Part shown: positions 62,902 to 64,000 of the stretch, piece by piece
Position numbering within the stretch: the first letter of the stretch is position 1
Layout of the letters: each line of letters begins with the position of its first letter
NCBI GenBank assembly: GCA_038232415.1
Contig: JBBSHY010000002.1
Location: 3,719-67,718, forward strand
Reading direction: 5' to 3'
DNA: 64,000 bases
Source of the DNA: Candidatus Saccharimonadales bacterium
GTDB taxonomy: Bacteria; Patescibacteriota; Saccharimonadia; Saccharimonadales; UBA4665
Position numbers and translations under genes: made by a program
Notes under the pieces: generated by a model
Databases searched by the model: none
Told to the model about the DNA's origin: nothing
What the model saw: the letters and a program-made list of their open reading frames with translations, nothing else

Positions 62902-63837
62902 ATGATGATCAGTAAGGGTAAGCGCCGGACATATGCTCAGAGAATCAATCCCCGGCTGAATTCCGTCTTGGGCGCCTCGCTGCGGGCAGCTGGCTTTGAC
63001 CCAGCCGACATCAAGCGTGCAGTCAGGGCAGCTATTGATGAGGACCTCCATTGGGGACCCGATCTTACCACATTGGCGACTATTAGCCAGAACACGCAAG
63101 CAGTCGCTGACATAATCACCCGACAGCCAGGCGTGCTGGCTGGGTTGCCAGTTGCCATGGCTGTCTTCGATGCCGTCGGGATGCCGTGGGATGCCGCCAA
63201 AGCGTTGCAGGTGGATGGCGAAGTAGTGGCGGCAGGAGTTCCTATACTGCGGATCACTGGCTCTTTGCGCAAGATTCTGGGCGCCGAAAGAACTCTCCTG
63301 AACTTTCTGAGCCACCTGTCGGGAATCGCTACCGCCACCAGGGCCTGGGTGGATGCGGTTGACGGTACGGGGTGTGTGGTGCGGGATACTCGCAAAACCA
63401 CGCCGGGCCTACGCTGTCTTGAGAAGTACGCTGTGCGGTGTGGTGGTGGCACGAATCATCGAATGGGACTGGGCGATGCCGCTCTAATTAAGGACAATCA
63501 CGTGGTTGCAGCCGGAGGGATTACCGCGGCGATCCAGGCCGTGCGCCAAGCCGCCCCCGCTATTCCGCTCGAGGTGGAATGTGACACCCTCGCTCAGGTC
63601 CGTGAAGCGCTGACTGCCAGAGTTAAGCTGATCCTACTCGACAATATGTCGCTCGACAATATAAAGGCTGCAGTCGCGCTAGGAACTGACTACCCAGCAA
63701 CTGATTTCGAGGCCAGCGGGGGCTTGCGGCTGGAAAATGCTAGAGCAGTCGCGGAAACTGGTGTGCACTTTCTGGCCGTGGGCGCCCTGACACACTCAAG
63801 CCCCGCCCTGGACTTCGGTCTGGATCTCCGACCGTAG
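62902..63837 (+). CDS. nadC: nicotinate-nucleotide pyrophosphorylase (carboxylating), actinobacterial type
   Basis: AIDEDLHWGPDLTTLATI, HLSGIATATRAWVDAV, DTRKTTPGLRCLEKYAVRCGGGTNHRMGLGDAALIKDNHV, FLAVGALTHS. The true start may be downstream of 62902 (e.g. the TTG in SVLGAS). Confidence 0.9.
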   Translation: MMISKGKRRTYAQRINPRLNSVLGASLRAAGFDPADIKRAVRAAIDEDLHWGPDLTTLATISQNTQAVADIITRQPGVLAGLPVAMAVFDAVGMPWDAAKALQVDGEVVAAGVPILRITGSLRKILGAERTLLNFLSHLSGIATATRAWVDAVDGTGCVVRDTRKTTPGLRCLEKYAVRCGGGTNHRMGLGDAALIKDNHVVAAGGITAAIQAVRQAAPAIPLEVECDTLAQVREALTARVKLILLDNMSLDNIKAAVALGTDYPATDFEASGGLRLENARAVAETGVHFLAVGALTHSSPALDFGLDLRP

Positions 63838-63865
63838 CCTTAATAGGTGGGGTGTCAGACAGTGG

Positions 63866-64000
63866 CTATGATGCGGAAATACTGCCTTTGATTATTGAGG
63901 CGGTAGCAGAGGGTACTAATGGTAGCCAATCGCTTTCTTTGGTAGCTAATTTTTGACGGACCAAGGTACCACTTACACCCGTTAAGACTTTGATTGCCCT
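63866..64000 (-). CDS. C-terminal end of a nucleotidyltransferase, NadD-like (gene starts right of the window)
   Basis: The minus frame is open from the window edge: ...GVSGTLVRQKLATKESDWLPLVPSATASIIKGSISAS* (TAG 63868-63866). The [IV]S[GS]T.VR...(n)..L[IV]P..V..[YI]I pattern resembles NadD C-termini, and it is convergent with nadC. Confidence 0.4.
   Translation of the reverse strand, partial: RAIKVLTGVSGTLVRQKLATKESDWLPLVPSATASIIKGSISAS

Noticed and set aside
62881-63452. Long antisense ORFs (144 and 171 aa) opposite nadC. Similar antisense ORFs lie opposite gdh, eno, xfp, the S16 tail and the Gly/Ala-rich gene.
   Set aside because: They sit within clearly identified genes on the other strand and arise from high GC or biased composition. 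No motifs were seen.
1-64000. Search for CRISPR arrays, rRNA genes, reverse transcriptases (retron/DGR), and restriction-modification or other known defence operons.
   Set aside because: No regularly spaced direct repeats, no rRNA-like sequence, no RT motifs and no cas or defence-type genes were seen. The lone methyltransferase at 441-1049 is a small-molecule/protein-type class I enzyme without DNA-MTase motifs or a partner nuclease.

Overview
64-kb gene-dense chromosomal window that reads cleanly under the standard bacterial code (11). The gene content suggests a streamlined Gram-positive-type bacterium, possibly Patescibacteria/Saccharibacteria-like. That assignment is inference only, since there is no rRNA here. 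It rests on an LPXTG-anchored protein, a YkuD L,D-transpeptidase, Alr/Ddl/MurF-like genes, phosphoketolase, ThiN plus an HMP-type ABC importer behind a TPP riboswitch, a monofunctional riboflavin kinase, several decayed genes, and no rimM in the rpsP-KH-trmD cluster. About 7.6-62.8 kb is mostly housekeeping: alr, thiamine salvage, tRNA-Cys/Leu, gdh, ddl, guaA, leuS, rpmF (missed by the ORF track), nusB, rnc, rpsP, trmD, a two-component pair, SOD, xfp-acs, glmM, purU, ahcY, glnA, eno-gpmA. The left 7.5 kb is an accessory/mobile scar zone. A 2,166-bp IS1595-family element with 28-bp inverted repeats and a perfect 8-bp target duplication carries passenger genes, including an odd tRNA. It has inserted into the tail of an already truncated large serine recombinase gene. 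Diverged copies of that recombinase tail and of a BrnA-like antitoxin tail are interleaved with single orphan genes (methyltransferase, MEDS, DUF4383). Intact BrnT/BrnA and MazE/MazF modules follow. At the right edge, an actinobacterial-type nadC of about 60% GC sits in a 32-45% GC context, which points to horizontal transfer. Other notable points are a phosphoketolase fused to a CoA-binding domain and translationally coupled to acs, a MurF-like ligase with a membrane N-terminus, a histidine kinase with a long Pro/Thr-rich membrane tail, and three small gene remnants. I found no CRISPR array, rRNA or recognisable known defence system. All family calls come from motif recognition by eye, not database searches.
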